Both the position numbers and the translations under genes were made by a program. This document shows, piece after piece, positions 38,074-48,794 of a stretch of 64,000 nt of DNA. The stretch is from Candidatus Latescibacterota bacterium. Lineage in GTDB: Bacteria; Latescibacterota; UBA2968; GCA-2709665. Within the stretch, counting starts at the first letter, position 1. Every line of letters starts with the position of its first letter. The notes below the pieces were generated by a model, which had not been told where the DNA came from, ran no database searches, and was given only the letters and a program-made list of their open reading frames with translations. The DNA lies in NCBI GenBank assembly GCA_965203805.1, contig OZ241917.1:3104001-3168000 (forward strand), given 5' to 3'.

Positions 38074-39555
38074 GTGAATACGCCCGATACGAAAACGCTG
38101 AAGACGCTGGCTGAAGGCCGGGGGCTGGTTCCGATTTCCCGCGAGATCCTCGGGGATACGGAAACTCCGGTGTCCGCCTATCTCAAGCTGCGGCCCGGGA
38201 GCCCCTACAGCTTTCTCTTCGAAAGCGTGGAAGGAGGAGAGAAGATCGGGCGTTATTCGTTCCTGGGCGTGGAGCCGTTTCTTGCGTTTCGGTCGTGGAA
38301 ATCCCGGATCGAGGTGGAGGATCTGAAGCGGGGCGGTATTCGCAGATTCGAGGGATCGCCCATTGGCGAACTCCGGCGTTTGCTGAAGAAATATCGTTCT
38401 GCGCAGTTGGACGGCCTGCCCAGGTTCACGGGCGGGGCCGTGGGCTACGTGGGCTACGACGCAGTCCGGCTGATCGAAGATATCCCGGACCGAACGGATG
38501 ACGACCACGGTCTTCCCGACGTTGCGCTGCTGTTCTACGATACGCTTCTTTGCTTCGACAACGCGCGGCAGAAGATTCATCTGATTTCCAACGTGCATAC
38601 GTCCGGCGATATCGACGGCAACCGCCGCGAGGCGGAGGCGAGGATCGATTCGCTGGAAGGGGCCTTGCGCGGGACGATTCCCGCGAACGGTGTTTCCCGG
38701 GAATCGCCGCGCCGCGGAGCGCGCGAGTTCCGGTCCAACACGGAGCGATCTGTCTTCCTGGAGAAGGTGCGGCGCTGCCGGGAGTATATCGTGGCGGGCG
38801 ATATTTTTCAGGTCGTACTCTCCCAGCGCTTCGAGACGGAGGTAACTGCCGGCTCGCTGGACATCTACCGGGCGCTTCGGACGGTGAATCCGTCGCCGTA
38901 CATGTTCCATCTGGATTTGAAGGATGCGCAACTCGTGGGGGCATCTCCCGAACTGCTGGTGCGTGTTGAAAACGGCGTCGTGCAGGTGCGACCGATCGCG
39001 GGAACGCGCTGGCGGGGCGCGACGGAAGCGGAGGATGCCGCCCTGGAGGCGGACTTGCTGGCCGACGAAAAGGAACGCGCGGAGCACATTATGCTTCTGG
39101 ACCTAGGCCGCAACGACGTGGGGCGGGTATCCCGATACGATACGGTACGGGTCACGGAACAGATGGTGATTGAGCGTTATTCTCACGTCATGCATATTGT
39201 TTCGAATGTTCAGGGGCGTCTCAAAGCCGGCGTGGATGCGCTGGATGCGCTCTACGCGTGTTACCCGGCAGGCACGGTTTCCGGCGCGCCCAAGATCCGC
39301 GCGATGGAGATCATCGACGAACTGGAGCCGACTCGCCGAGGGCCTTACTCCGGGGCGGTGGGCTATATTGACTTTTCCGGCAATATGGATACGTGCATTG
39401 CCATTCGTACAATGGTGCTGCAGGGAAGGAAAGCGTACGTTCAGGCGGGCGGGGGCATTGTGTTCGATTCCGTTCCGGAATACGAACACCAGGAAACGGT
39501 AAACAAGGCGAAGGCGCTGTTCAAGGCGGTTGAGTTGGCGGAAGGCGCGTTGTAA
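38074..39555 (+). CDS. trpE: Anthranilate synthase component I
   Basis: [58 protein letters not shown]. Confidence 0.96.
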   Translation: MNTPDTKTLKTLAEGRGLVPISREILGDTETPVSAYLKLRPGSPYSFLFESVEGGEKIGRYSFLGVEPFLAFRSWKSRIEVEDLKRGGIRRFEGSPIGELRRLLKKYRSAQLDGLPRFTGGAVGYVGYDAVRLIEDIPDRTDDDHGLPDVALLFYDTLLCFDNARQKIHLISNVHTSGDIDGNRREAEARIDSLEGALRGTIPANGVSRESPRRGAREFRSNTERSVFLEKVRRCREYIVAGDIFQVVLSQRFETEVTAGSLDIYRALRTVNPSPYMFHLDLKDAQLVGASPELLVRVENGVVQVRPIAGTRWRGATEAEDAALEADLLADEKERAEHIMLLDLGRNDVGRVSRYDTVRVTEQMVIERYSHVMHIVSNVQGRLKAGVDALDALYACYPAGTVSGAPKIRAMEIIDELEPTRRGPYSGAVGYIDFSGNMDTCIAIRTMVLQGRKAYVQAGGGIVFDSVPEYEHQETVNKAKALFKAVELAEGAL

Positions 39556-39604
39556 GGGCAACCATGTATGGCGCGATTCCTCAGCAATCACGTTTGATCG
39601 ACCT

Positions 39605-40168
39605 ATGATTCTGGTAATCGACAATTACGATTCGTTCACGTACAATCTGGTTCAGTATCTGGGTGAACTGGGCGCGCGGATGGAAGTATTCCGGAACGAC
39701 CGGATTGCAATGGACCGGATTGACGCGTCCCAACCCGAGAAGGTGGTGATTTCACCCGGTCCATGTACGCCGAACGAGGCGGGAATCTCCGTGGACCTGA
39801 TCCGGCGTTTTACAGGGCGGATTCCGATGCTGGGGGTCTGTCTCGGACATCAGTGCATCGGGCAGGCCTTCGGAGGCAGGGTTGTTCGGGCTCCCGCGAT
39901 TCTTCATGGTAAGGTGTCAGAGATCCATCACGACGGTCGTTCGATTTTCAAGGGGTTGTCACAGCCCTTTATTGCAACGCGATACCATTCGCTGATTGTC
40001 GAACGGGAGAGCCTGCCGGACTGCCTCGAGATATCCGCACAGACACACGACGGTATCATCATGGGACTGCGGCACAGAGAGTACCCGGTTGAGGGCGTTC
40101 AGTTTCATCCGGAGTCGATTCTGACGGCCGAAGGCAAAGTGTTGTTGAAGAATTTCCTGGATGGCTGA
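39605..40168 (+). CDS. trpG: Anthranilate synthase component II (glutamine amidotransferase)
   Basis: [36 protein letters not shown]. Confidence 0.95.
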   Translation: MILVIDNYDSFTYNLVQYLGELGARMEVFRNDRIAMDRIDASQPEKVVISPGPCTPNEAGISVDLIRRFTGRIPMLGVCLGHQCIGQAFGGRVVRAPAILHGKVSEIHHDGRSIFKGLSQPFIATRYHSLIVERESLPDCLEISAQTHDGIIMGLRHREYPVEGVQFHPESILTAEGKVLLKNFLDG

Positions 40169-40227
40169 GTTGGCAGCCCGGGACCGGAAGCCGGTTCCGG
40201 TCCCCGTTAGCGAGTTGGGAGACGGCG

Positions 40228-41241
40228 ATGGCAATACAGGACGCGATTGCGAAATTGATTGAGGGGCGGGACCTGACCCGCGACCGGACGATCGGGTCGA
40301 TGAACCAGATCATGTCGGGTGAGGCGACCGACGCGCAGATCGGTGCGTTCCTGGTGGCCCTCCGCGTGAAGGGCGAGACCGCCGACGAAATCGCGGGCGC
40401 CGCGGAGGTGATGAGGGAAAAGGCGACGCGCGTTGTGACTCGGCACGCCACGGTGGTGGATACGTGCGGTACCGGAGGTGACGGGGCGGGAACGTTCAAC
40501 ATATCGACAGCGGCGGCTTTCGTGGCGGCCGGCGCCGGGCTGTGTGTTGCCAAACACGGAAACCGCGCGGCGAGCAGCCTGTGCGGCAGCGCCGATGTCC
40601 TGAAAGAACTGGGAGTAAACATCGAAGCGTCGCCGGAGACGACGGGGCGGTGTCTGGATGAGGTTGGCATCGGGTTTCTGTTTGCCCCCGCTCTGCACGG
40701 CGCCATGAAATACGCGATCGGTCCCAGACGCGAAGTCGGTGTGCGTACGATTTTCAACGCTCTGGGGCCGCTGACCAATCCCGCGGGCGCAACCCGGCAC
40801 CTGATCGGCGTCTACAGTCGATCGCTGACCGGCAGGCTTGCCGAGGTGTTGCGCACATTGAAATCGGAACGCGCGTTTGTTGTGCACGGGTTGGACGGGC
40901 TGGACGAAATCACCACGACCGGACCGACGCGGGTGAGCGAGCTGAACGATGGCGCCGTGACAACGTACGAGATCCGACCTGAGGATCTTGGCATCAAAAG
41001 GTCGACGCCCGGTGATCTGGCGGGGGGCAACGCCGAAACCAATGCGTCGATCCTGCGCAGGGTGCTCAATGGTGAGCCCGGTCCGCGGCGGGACATCGTT
41101 GTTTTGAACGCGGCAGCCGCCATCGTAGCCGGTGGTGCGGCGGATGATCTGCAGGCGGGCATCGAACTGGCCGGCGAGACGGTGGATTCGGGGCGGGCAA
41201 TGGATAAGCTGGAAGAACTGAAACGCGCGTCGGCGGGATGA
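40228..41241 (+). CDS. trpD: Anthranilate phosphoribosyltransferase
   Basis: DTCGTGGDG..TFNIST, KHGNRAASS..GSAD, GLDE. Confidence 0.96.
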   Translation: MAIQDAIAKLIEGRDLTRDRTIGSMNQIMSGEATDAQIGAFLVALRVKGETADEIAGAAEVMREKATRVVTRHATVVDTCGTGGDGAGTFNISTAAAFVAAGAGLCVAKHGNRAASSLCGSADVLKELGVNIEASPETTGRCLDEVGIGFLFAPALHGAMKYAIGPRREVGVRTIFNALGPLTNPAGATRHLIGVYSRSLTGRLAEVLRTLKSERAFVVHGLDGLDEITTTGPTRVSELNDGAVTTYEIRPEDLGIKRSTPGDLAGGNAETNASILRRVLNGEPGPRRDIVVLNAAAAIVAGGAADDLQAGIELAGETVDSGRAMDKLEELKRASAG

Positions 41242-42101
41242 ATCGGCCTGCCTGCAGCGCAGGGCACTGCGCAGGCAGGCGGAAGAGTGGCGAGGTATTT
41301 CTGGGACAGGACACCAACATCCTCGATGAAATCGTCGCATATAAACGCCGCGTCGTGACCGAGGCAAAGCAACGGGTATCCCCTGAGGCGTTGCGGAAGC
41401 AGGCAGACCTGGTTCGCCGGCCGGACTCGCTGATGGACAGCCTCACTGCCGGGGAAGAAATCGCGCTGATCGCGGAGATAAAAAAGGCATCTCCGTCCAA
41501 AGGGGTAATCAGGGAGAGTTTCGATCCTGTTGAAATCGGCCGGTCTTACGAGAAAAACGGCGCGGCGGCCATTTCCGTGCTGACGGATGCAAAGTACTTC
41601 CGCGGCTCCGATGCCAGTCTGAAGGCCGTGAGCGAGGCCGTGGAATTGCCGGTACTCCGGAAGGACTTCGTGGTTGATCCGTATCAGATCCACGAGGCCA
41701 GGACAATCGGCGCGTCCGCGGTTTTGCTCATTGTTTCAGCGCTTTCCCCTCGCGAACTGGCAGAGATGCTCGCCGTTTGCAGGGAGTCGCAACTGGACGC
41801 CCTCGTGGAAGTGCACACCCCGGGTGAAGCGAGGATGGCGCTGGATGCAGGCGCGGATCTCGTGGGGGTGAATAACCGCGACCTGAAGACGTTTGCCACG
41901 GATTTGCAGACCACATTCGATCTGCTTGAACATCTGCCGGACGATCTTGTCGTTGTGAGCGAGAGCGGCATCAGGTCCAGAGACCAGGTCGTCCGGTTGA
42001 GGGATGCCGGCGTGGACGCGGTCCTGGTCGGGGAACATCTGATGCGCCAACCCGACGTGGGTCGGGAGCTTCGGGCGTTGTTGGGCATGGAAGGCGGCTG
42101 A
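41238..42101 (+). CDS. trpC: Indole-3-glycerol phosphate synthase
   Basis: IAEIKKASPSKG, ISVLTD, LRKDF, GVNNRDL, SESGI. Exact start uncertain because the N-terminus runs through a palindromic repeat. Confidence 0.95.
   Translation: MNRPACSAGHCAGRRKSGEVFLGQDTNILDEIVAYKRRVVTEAKQRVSPEALRKQADLVRRPDSLMDSLTAGEEIALIAEIKKASPSKGVIRESFDPVEIGRSYEKNGAAAISVLTDAKYFRGSDASLKAVSEAVELPVLRKDFVVDPYQIHEARTIGASAVLLIVSALSPRELAEMLAVCRESQLDALVEVHTPGEARMALDAGADLVGVNNRDLKTFATDLQTTFDLLEHLPDDLVVVSESGIRSRDQVVRLRDAGVDAVLVGEHLMRQPDVGRELRALLGMEGG
41246..41280. repeat. Short palindromic repeat at the trpD/trpC junction
   Basis: GCCTGCCTGC...GCAGGCAGGC 10-bp inverted arms, same end motif as 3980-4016. Confidence 0.5.
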
Positions 42102-42109
42102 TTCAACCT

Positions 42110-42784
42110 ATGGTTCGGGTGAAGATTTGCGGAATTACGAATCCGGAGGATGCGCTCTTTGCGGTCGCACAGGGTGTGGACGCCCTGGGGTTCATCTTCT
42201 ACGAGCGCAGCCCGCGTTACGTGCATCCGGAACGCGTCGGCAGGATCGTCTCGGCGTTGCCGCCTTTCGTGACGCCTGTCGGGGTTTTCGTGAACACGTC
42301 CAGGGAGGAGATCCTGGCAATAGCGCGGCTGACAGGGCTGCGAGCGGTCCAACTGCACGGCGACGAGACGCCCGCCGAATGTCTGGGATATCCGATTCCG
42401 GTCATCCGGGCATTGCGGGTTGGCGACGGATTCGACCCTGCGTCTCTGAGCGACTTTCCGGTAGACACGTTTCTGCTGGATACGGCCAAAAAGGGATGGT
42501 ACGGCGGTACCGGAGAGACGTTTGACTGGCGGGTCGCATCGGCGGCCGCGGCGCACGGGCGGATCATTCTCTCGGGGGGAATCGATCCGTCGAACGTGGC
42601 AGACGCGGTGCGGACGGTGAATCCGTACGCGGTGGACTGCGGCAGCGGCGTCGAGCACACGCCAGGACGGAAGGATCACGACAGAATCGCGGAGTTCTTC
42701 GAAGCGCTCCGCTCGGCAACCGGTGTTCCGTCCGGGAAACAGATCGCCGAAAACCGGCCGGCGACTCGCGAAGATCCGCAATGA
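42110..42784 (+). CDS. trpF: Phosphoribosylanthranilate isomerase
   Basis: VKICGIT, SPRYV, VQLHGDE, GGTGETFDW, GVEHTPGRKD. Confidence 0.95.
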   Translation: MVRVKICGITNPEDALFAVAQGVDALGFIFYERSPRYVHPERVGRIVSALPPFVTPVGVFVNTSREEILAIARLTGLRAVQLHGDETPAECLGYPIPVIRALRVGDGFDPASLSDFPVDTFLLDTAKKGWYGGTGETFDWRVASAAAAHGRIILSGGIDPSNVADAVRTVNPYAVDCGSGVEHTPGRKDHDRIAEFFEALRSATGVPSGKQIAENRPATREDPQ

Positions 42785-42868
42785 CGGAGTGCCGAATCAG
42801 CCAGGAAAGGGCGATCCCGGGCAGGTGTGATTCAAGTTCCGTTTTCGGTGCTTTAAAAGGGCTATATC

Positions 42869-44131
42869 GTGGACATCATGAAAGATCTGAATTTTCGGGG
42901 ATACGTCTTTCAGGTAACGGACCCGGGCGGCCTTGAAACGCGACTCGACCGGGGGCCGATAACGCTGTATTCGGGATTCGACCCCACGGCGGAAAGCTTG
43001 CACGTCGGCAACCTGATCCCCATACTGGGACTGCGGCGGTTTCAATTGGCCGGGCATCATGCAATCGGGCTGATCGGCGGTGGCACGGGTTTGATTGGCG
43101 ACCCGAGCGGCAGTAAGGAAGAACGCCCGTTGAACCCGCCCGAGCTGATCGCGGAATATACCGGGAAGCTCACGGAGCAACTGGCCAGATTCCTGGATTT
43201 CGAAACGGGAGTCAATCCCGCCCGCGTGGTCAGCAATCTGGGCTGGCTTTCCGAACTGAAGGCGATTGACTTCCTGAGAGACACGGGCAAGCACTTCTCC
43301 GTGGGCTATATGCTGGCGAAAGAGTCCGTGGCTTCGCGGCTGGAGTCCGGGATTTCTTTCACCGAGTTCAGTTATATGGTCATTCAGGCCTATGATTTCA
43401 TGGAGTTGTTTCGGACACACGGGTGTGAACTCCAGATCGGCGGAAGCGATCAGTGGGGCAATATAACAGCGGGAATCGAGTTGATCCGACGGCGGCTGGG
43501 CGGGCAGGCCCACGGCCTGACGTTTCCGCTGCTGCAGAAAGCCGACGGCACCAAGTTCGGCAAGACCGCCTCGGGCACGGTCTGGCTGGACGCGGAAAAG
43601 ACGTCACCGTACCAGCTGTACCAGCACATGATAAATACCGACGACCGGGACGTGGTGACGTTTCTCAAGCTGTTTACCTTTCTGTCCGAAGACGAGATCG
43701 GAAACCTGGAACTGGAGGTGTCGCAACACCCGGAGAAGCGGGAAGCGCAGCGCGTGCTGGCGGAGGAGGTCACCACCCTCGTTCACGACGGCGCCGCCAC
43801 CGGGCGTGCGCACAGGATTTCCGAGGCGTTGTTCTACGGCGATCTGCGCAATCTGAGTGCGAGAGAGATCGAGGAAGGGTTCAGCGACGTGCCGTCTCAC
43901 GCGCTCAACGGCGCGGCGGAAGCGGGTCTGGTCAATCTGCTGGTGGATGCGGGTATTTCATCTTCGATGCGCCAGGCGCGCGAAGACGTCCGGTCAGGCG
44001 CGGTACATGTCAATGGACTGCGCTGCACCGATGTGGGCCGGACCCTTGACCCTGACGACAGGCTCGCAGGCAGATACCTTATAGTACGGCGTGGCAAACG
44101 CCGCTACTTTCTGGTACGCTGGAAACTTTGA
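42869..44131 (+). CDS. tyrS: Tyrosine--tRNA ligase
   Basis: GFDPTAESLHVGN, QAYDF, QIGGSDQWGNI, KFGKT. C-terminal S4-like RRGKR. Confidence 0.96.
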   Translation: MDIMKDLNFRGYVFQVTDPGGLETRLDRGPITLYSGFDPTAESLHVGNLIPILGLRRFQLAGHHAIGLIGGGTGLIGDPSGSKEERPLNPPELIAEYTGKLTEQLARFLDFETGVNPARVVSNLGWLSELKAIDFLRDTGKHFSVGYMLAKESVASRLESGISFTEFSYMVIQAYDFMELFRTHGCELQIGGSDQWGNITAGIELIRRRLGGQAHGLTFPLLQKADGTKFGKTASGTVWLDAEKTSPYQLYQHMINTDDRDVVTFLKLFTFLSEDEIGNLELEVSQHPEKREAQRVLAEEVTTLVHDGAATGRAHRISEALFYGDLRNLSAREIEEGFSDVPSHALNGAAEAGLVNLLVDAGISSSMRQAREDVRSGAVHVNGLRCTDVGRTLDPDDRLAGRYLIVRRGKRRYFLVRWKL

Positions 44132-44227
44132 CGGGCGATTTCGCGACGGTTCCTGTGTATGGGTGTACCTATCAGGATCTGAACAACCGGAACCCGGCAG
44201 GAAAAACATAAAGAGAGGATTCCTTCG

Positions 44228-45205
44228 ATGAAAGCACCGTGGATAACCTATCGGCCGGAACTGAAAGTACTCGATTGTACGATTCGTGACGGCGGATTGA
44301 TGAACGACCACCAGTTCTCCGATGATTTCGTGAAGGCGGTTTATGAAACCTGCGTCGACGCGGGTGTCGATTATATGGAAATCGGTTACCGGAACTCCAA
44401 GGAGATGTTTCCCAAAGACCAGTTCGGGGCTTTCCGACACAGCGACGAAGAGGATATCCGGAAGATTACAGGCGACCATGACCCGGAGACAACCGGCCTG
44501 AAGCTCGCCGTTATGGCGGACGCGGGCAAGAGTGACTGGGCGGAAGACATCCTGCCCGCCGGCGACAGCGTCGTCAGTATGGTACGGGTCGCCTGTTATG
44601 TCGAGCAGATTCCCGAGACCGTCGAAATGCTCTGCGACGCCCACGAAAAAGGGTATGAGACCAGTTGCAACATTATGGCCGTCTCCACCGTGCAGGAGGT
44701 GGAGATCGATCAGGCGCTGGAAGTCCTGATCGAGACGCCCGTCGGTACGATCTGCGTCGTAGACAGTTTTGGCGCATTGTACCGCGAGCAGGTGGATATG
44801 CTCATCCGGAAGTATATGGACGCCGTCAGGGGGACGGGGAAGGAAGTGGGCATTCACGCGCACAACAACCAGCAACTTGCATTTGCCAATACCATCGAAG
44901 CGCTCATTCTCGGCGCAAACCGCGTGGATGCCACGGTGGACGGTCTTGGAAGGGGCGCGGGGAATTGCCCTCTGGAGCTGCTGCTGGGTTTCCTCCGCAA
45001 TCCCAAGTTCAAGATCCGACCCGTGTACAAGCTGCTGGAAGAACATTTCGTCAAATTGCGCGAAGAGCTGATGTGGGGGCCTCTCGTTCCATACAATATC
45101 ACGGGGCAGCACAATCAGCATCCCCGCTCGGCAATGGCGCTGCTGGACGGGAAAGACCGCGACCGCTATCTGGCATTCTACGATCAGGTGATGAGGGACA
45201 TCTGA
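44228..45205 (+). CDS. DRE-TIM metallolyase (HMGL-like / 4-hydroxy-2-oxovalerate aldolase-like) protein
   Basis: LDCTIRDGG, VDSFG, GIHAHNN, GLGRGAGN. Confidence 0.8.
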   Translation: MKAPWITYRPELKVLDCTIRDGGLMNDHQFSDDFVKAVYETCVDAGVDYMEIGYRNSKEMFPKDQFGAFRHSDEEDIRKITGDHDPETTGLKLAVMADAGKSDWAEDILPAGDSVVSMVRVACYVEQIPETVEMLCDAHEKGYETSCNIMAVSTVQEVEIDQALEVLIETPVGTICVVDSFGALYREQVDMLIRKYMDAVRGTGKEVGIHAHNNQQLAFANTIEALILGANRVDATVDGLGRGAGNCPLELLLGFLRNPKFKIRPVYKLLEEHFVKLREELMWGPLVPYNITGQHNQHPRSAMALLDGKDRDRYLAFYDQVMRDI

Positions 45206-45304
45206 TCGGGTGCGCCCCCGCGCCGGCCGTTGGAGAACGGACTGACTCCCGCCCGGGCGAGGGTCTGAAACCGCCCTGGAACGACATCTCTACAGGAAAG
45301 AAAA

Positions 45305-46516
45305 ATGGCACTTCCCAGAGCAGATGAATTTTCCGGCACATTGCCCGATTCCGGGGGGCATTTCGGTCCCTACGGCGGGCGGTACGTGCCTGAGACGTTG
45401 ATGCCGTTGCTGGAGGACCTGGAGGCAGCCTACCGGGACGCCAGGGACCGTCCGGATTTCGCGAAGGAGCTGAACCGGTATCTCAGGGAGTTTGTAGGAA
45501 GGCCGACGCCGCTCTACTACGCGAAACGACTGACAGCGGAACTGGGTGGCGCCCGAATCTATTTGAAGCGGGAGGACCTCGCGCACACCGGCGCGCACAA
45601 GATCAACAACACGATGGGACAGATTCTGCTTGCCAGGCGGATGGGCAAGACGCGGATCATCGCGGAAACCGGCGCGGGCCAGCACGGCGTGGCAACAGCA
45701 ACCGTGGCTGCGATGTTCGGAATGGACTGCGAGATCTACATGGGCACGGAAGACATGGAGCGGCAGGCGCTGAACGTGTTTCGGATGCGGCTCCTCGGCG
45801 CAACGGTCACGGGAGTGGATTCGGGCAGCAGGACGCTGAAGGATGCGATTAACGAAGCCATCCGCGATTGGGTGACGAACGTGGACGATACGTTCTACAT
45901 TTTCGGATCCGTCCTTGGACCTCATCCGTATCCGATGATCGTCCGTGACTTTCAGCGCGTCATCGGAGTGGAGACTCGACAGCAGATCCTGCGGGCCGAG
46001 GGCCGGCTGCCGGAATGTCTTGTCGCGTGCGTTGGCGGCGGCAGCAATTCCATCGGTCTGTTTCATGCATTTCTCGAGGACGCGGACGTACGAATGATCG
46101 GTATCGAAGCGGGCGGGCATGGAATTGACTCGGGCGACCACGCGGCGCGTTTTCAGGGTGGGGATCTGGGCGTGCTGCACGGGGCCAGGATATATCTCCT
46201 GCAGGACGAGGACGGGCAGATCGCGCTGACCCATTCCGTTTCCGCCGGTCTGGATTATTCCGGGGTCGGTCCTGAACACTGCCATCTGCGCGACGCGGGA
46301 CGGATCGAATATGCGTACGCAACCGACGACGAGGCACTGAAGGCCTTCCAGCTGCTGAGCCGTACGGAGGGGATCATCCCCGCCCTGGAAAGCGCGCACG
46401 CGATCGCGTACGTGACAAAAGCCGCGCCTGGCATGGACAGGGATGCCGTTATTGTGGCGAATCTCTCAGGCAGGGGCGACAAAGACGTGCAGCAGGCGGC
46501 GAAGTTCCTGGATTAG
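45305..46516 (+). CDS. trpB: Tryptophan synthase beta chain
   Basis: [40 protein letters not shown]. Confidence 0.97.
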   Translation: MALPRADEFSGTLPDSGGHFGPYGGRYVPETLMPLLEDLEAAYRDARDRPDFAKELNRYLREFVGRPTPLYYAKRLTAELGGARIYLKREDLAHTGAHKINNTMGQILLARRMGKTRIIAETGAGQHGVATATVAAMFGMDCEIYMGTEDMERQALNVFRMRLLGATVTGVDSGSRTLKDAINEAIRDWVTNVDDTFYIFGSVLGPHPYPMIVRDFQRVIGVETRQQILRAEGRLPECLVACVGGGSNSIGLFHAFLEDADVRMIGIEAGGHGIDSGDHAARFQGGDLGVLHGARIYLLQDEDGQIALTHSVSAGLDYSGVGPEHCHLRDAGRIEYAYATDDEALKAFQLLSRTEGIIPALESAHAIAYVTKAAPGMDRDAVIVANLSGRGDKDVQQAAKFLD

Positions 46517-46568
46517 CCGCATTTCAAGTTTCGTCCCCAGGCCGGCCACGTAGCACGGGACTGTTCGG

Positions 46569-47381
46569 ATGACAAGAATCGGAAAGCGGTTCGCACTGTT
46601 GAAGAAAATGCGAAGGACCGGATTCGTCGCATATATCACCGCGGGAGATCCGGACCTGGCAACCACCCGCAAACTGGCGCCGGAGCTCGAACGGCGCGGG
46701 GTGGACATTCTCGAGCTGGGGGTGCCTTTCTCCGATCCGCTGGCGGACGGACCGGAGATCCAGCGGGCGTCACAGCGGGCCCTGCGGCGCCGGGTGTCGA
46801 TCGGCGACGTGCTGGATCTGGTGTCGGACCTGCGGCGCGAGACGGAAATACCCATTGTGCTATTTACGTATTTCAATCCGATGCATCGATTCGGTCTTGA
46901 ACGGCTCGTCGACAGGGCGGCAGACGCGGGGGTGGACGGCATTCTGGCGCTGGATCTTCCGCCCGAGGAGGCGGCCGAGTACAAGCGTCTGATGGGTGAA
47001 CGGGGAGTGGACACGGTCTTTCTGATCGCGCCGACGAGCCGCGAGGATCGCATCCGTCGGATCGTGTCATACACCAGCGGATTTGTGTATTACGTGTCGC
47101 GCACGGGCGTTACGGGGGAGCGGGACAGCCTGGAGGAGACACTCGGCGCCAGGGTAGCGACCATCAGACGACATACCTCGCTACCGGTTGCGGTGGGATT
47201 CGGCATTTCAACCCCCGAACAGTCCAGGGAGGTTGCGGGATACGCGGACGCTGTCGTCGTCGGCAGCGCAATCGTCCGGCGAATCGCCGAGCGGCAGACG
47301 GACCCGGATCTCGTTCCTCACATCGGGGCATTCGTAGAAGAACTGGTGCAACCCCTGAAGGGAGCATCCGATGGACCTTGA
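46569..47381 (+). CDS. trpA: Tryptophan synthase alpha chain
   Basis: ELGVPFSDPLADGP, YFNP, SRTGVTG, GFGIS, VGSA. Confidence 0.96.
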   Translation: MTRIGKRFALLKKMRRTGFVAYITAGDPDLATTRKLAPELERRGVDILELGVPFSDPLADGPEIQRASQRALRRRVSIGDVLDLVSDLRRETEIPIVLFTYFNPMHRFGLERLVDRAADAGVDGILALDLPPEEAAEYKRLMGERGVDTVFLIAPTSREDRIRRIVSYTSGFVYYVSRTGVTGERDSLEETLGARVATIRRHTSLPVAVGFGISTPEQSREVAGYADAVVVGSAIVRRIAERQTDPDLVPHIGAFVEELVQPLKGASDGP

Positions 47382-47664
47382 AGACTGGCGGAAGGAAATC
47401 GACGCCCTGGATCAACAGCTTCTGTCGCTACTGAAACGACGCGCCGAATGTGCGCTTCAAATCGGCATGATCAAGCAGACGATCGAACAGCCGATTTACG
47501 CGCCGGAACGCGAGACATCGATCCTCAACCGTATTCGCGAACGGAACGCCGGACCCCTGACCGACGAAGCGGTGCAACGAATATTCCAGCAGATCATCGA
47601 TGAATCCAGGCGGCTCGAACAGGAGCACGGCGAACGGCAGTCCGGAGACGTGAAACATCCCTGA
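47371..47664 (+). CDS. Monofunctional chorismate mutase (AroQ/CM_2)
   Basis: LEDWRKEIDALD..LL.LLKRRA...IG..K...PIYAPERE...I...SR..EQ. Confidence 0.88.
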   Translation: MDLEDWRKEIDALDQQLLSLLKRRAECALQIGMIKQTIEQPIYAPERETSILNRIRERNAGPLTDEAVQRIFQQIIDESRRLEQEHGERQSGDVKHP

Positions 47665-47687
47665 TACATAAACGGAGCATGCGGCGA

Positions 47688-48716
47688 ATGGCCTTTACGA
47701 AAAACATGAAGATTCCCACACCGGAAGCCGTGCTGGAGGAAATGCCGCTTCCGAAGAAACTGAAGGACGTAAAGGAGCAGCGGGATGCGGAGATCAGGGA
47801 CATCTTCGCGCGCAGGAGCCGTAAATTTCTACTGGTGATCGGCCCCTGTTCCGCGCACGATGAAGATGCAGTATGCGAATACGTCTCCAGGCTGGCGAAA
47901 CTGCAGGAGGCGGTCCGTGAATCGCTGGTTCTGGTGCCTCGAATCTATACCAACAAACCCCGCACGACCGGCGAGGGGTACAAGGGCATGGGGCATCAGC
48001 CGGACCCCCGAAAGGCGCCGGACCTGTCCGAAGGCCTTTACGCGGTTCGTCAGATGCACATCCGCGCAGTCGAGGAGTCCCACCTGACGGCGGCCGACGA
48101 AATGCTGTATCCGGGCAATCTGCCGTACGTCGAGGACTTGCTGAGCTATATAGCCGTGGGGGCGCGGTCGGTGGAAAACCAACAGCACCGACTAACCTGC
48201 AGCGGCGTCGACGTCCCCGTTGGAATGAAAAACCCGACGGCGGGCGATCTGTCTGTGATGTTGAACGCGATTCAGGCCTCGCAGATCCCACACGTCTTCA
48301 TCTATAACGGATGGGAAGTCAGCACCAGCGGCAATTCCCTGACACACGCCGTGCTTCGCGGCGCCGTGGACTTCAGCGGGCGCAGTATGCCGAACTATCA
48401 TTTCGAAGACCTCATGTACGCGGCGGCGCTCTATGGTCAACGGCAGCTTGCCAATGCCACGATCGTCGTGGATACGAATCACAACAATTCCGGGAAGCAG
48501 TTCAGCGAACAACCCAGGATCGGATTGGATGTGATCCGCAGCCGACGGAATTCAAAGATACTGTGCGGAATGATCCGCGGGTTGATGGTGGAGAGCTATC
48601 TGGAAGAAGGCTCCCAGAACGTAAACGAAGGCGTGTTCGGCAGATCCATTACCGATCCGTGCCTGGGGTGGGAAGATACCGAGGCGTTCGTAAAGGACCT
48701 GGCGGAGGGGATATGA
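47688..48716 (+). CDS. aroF: DAHP synthase (class I alpha)
   Basis: IGPCS, KPRT, GARS...HR, GMKN, SITDPC. Confidence 0.92.
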   Translation: MAFTKNMKIPTPEAVLEEMPLPKKLKDVKEQRDAEIRDIFARRSRKFLLVIGPCSAHDEDAVCEYVSRLAKLQEAVRESLVLVPRIYTNKPRTTGEGYKGMGHQPDPRKAPDLSEGLYAVRQMHIRAVEESHLTAADEMLYPGNLPYVEDLLSYIAVGARSVENQQHRLTCSGVDVPVGMKNPTAGDLSVMLNAIQASQIPHVFIYNGWEVSTSGNSLTHAVLRGAVDFSGRSMPNYHFEDLMYAAALYGQRQLANATIVVDTNHNNSGKQFSEQPRIGLDVIRSRRNSKILCGMIRGLMVESYLEEGSQNVNEGVFGRSITDPCLGWEDTEAFVKDLAEGI

Positions 48717-48794
48717 TAGCGTACGGGATCGGAAGGCAGGAACGGAGCCGGACGTCCTGCAGGCGCCGCGGCCTCCGTTTCCGAGGATGACCGC

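Noticed and set aside
42785-42868. Possible T-box before tyrS
   Set aside because: Only ~85 bp, with no T-box consensus or terminator.
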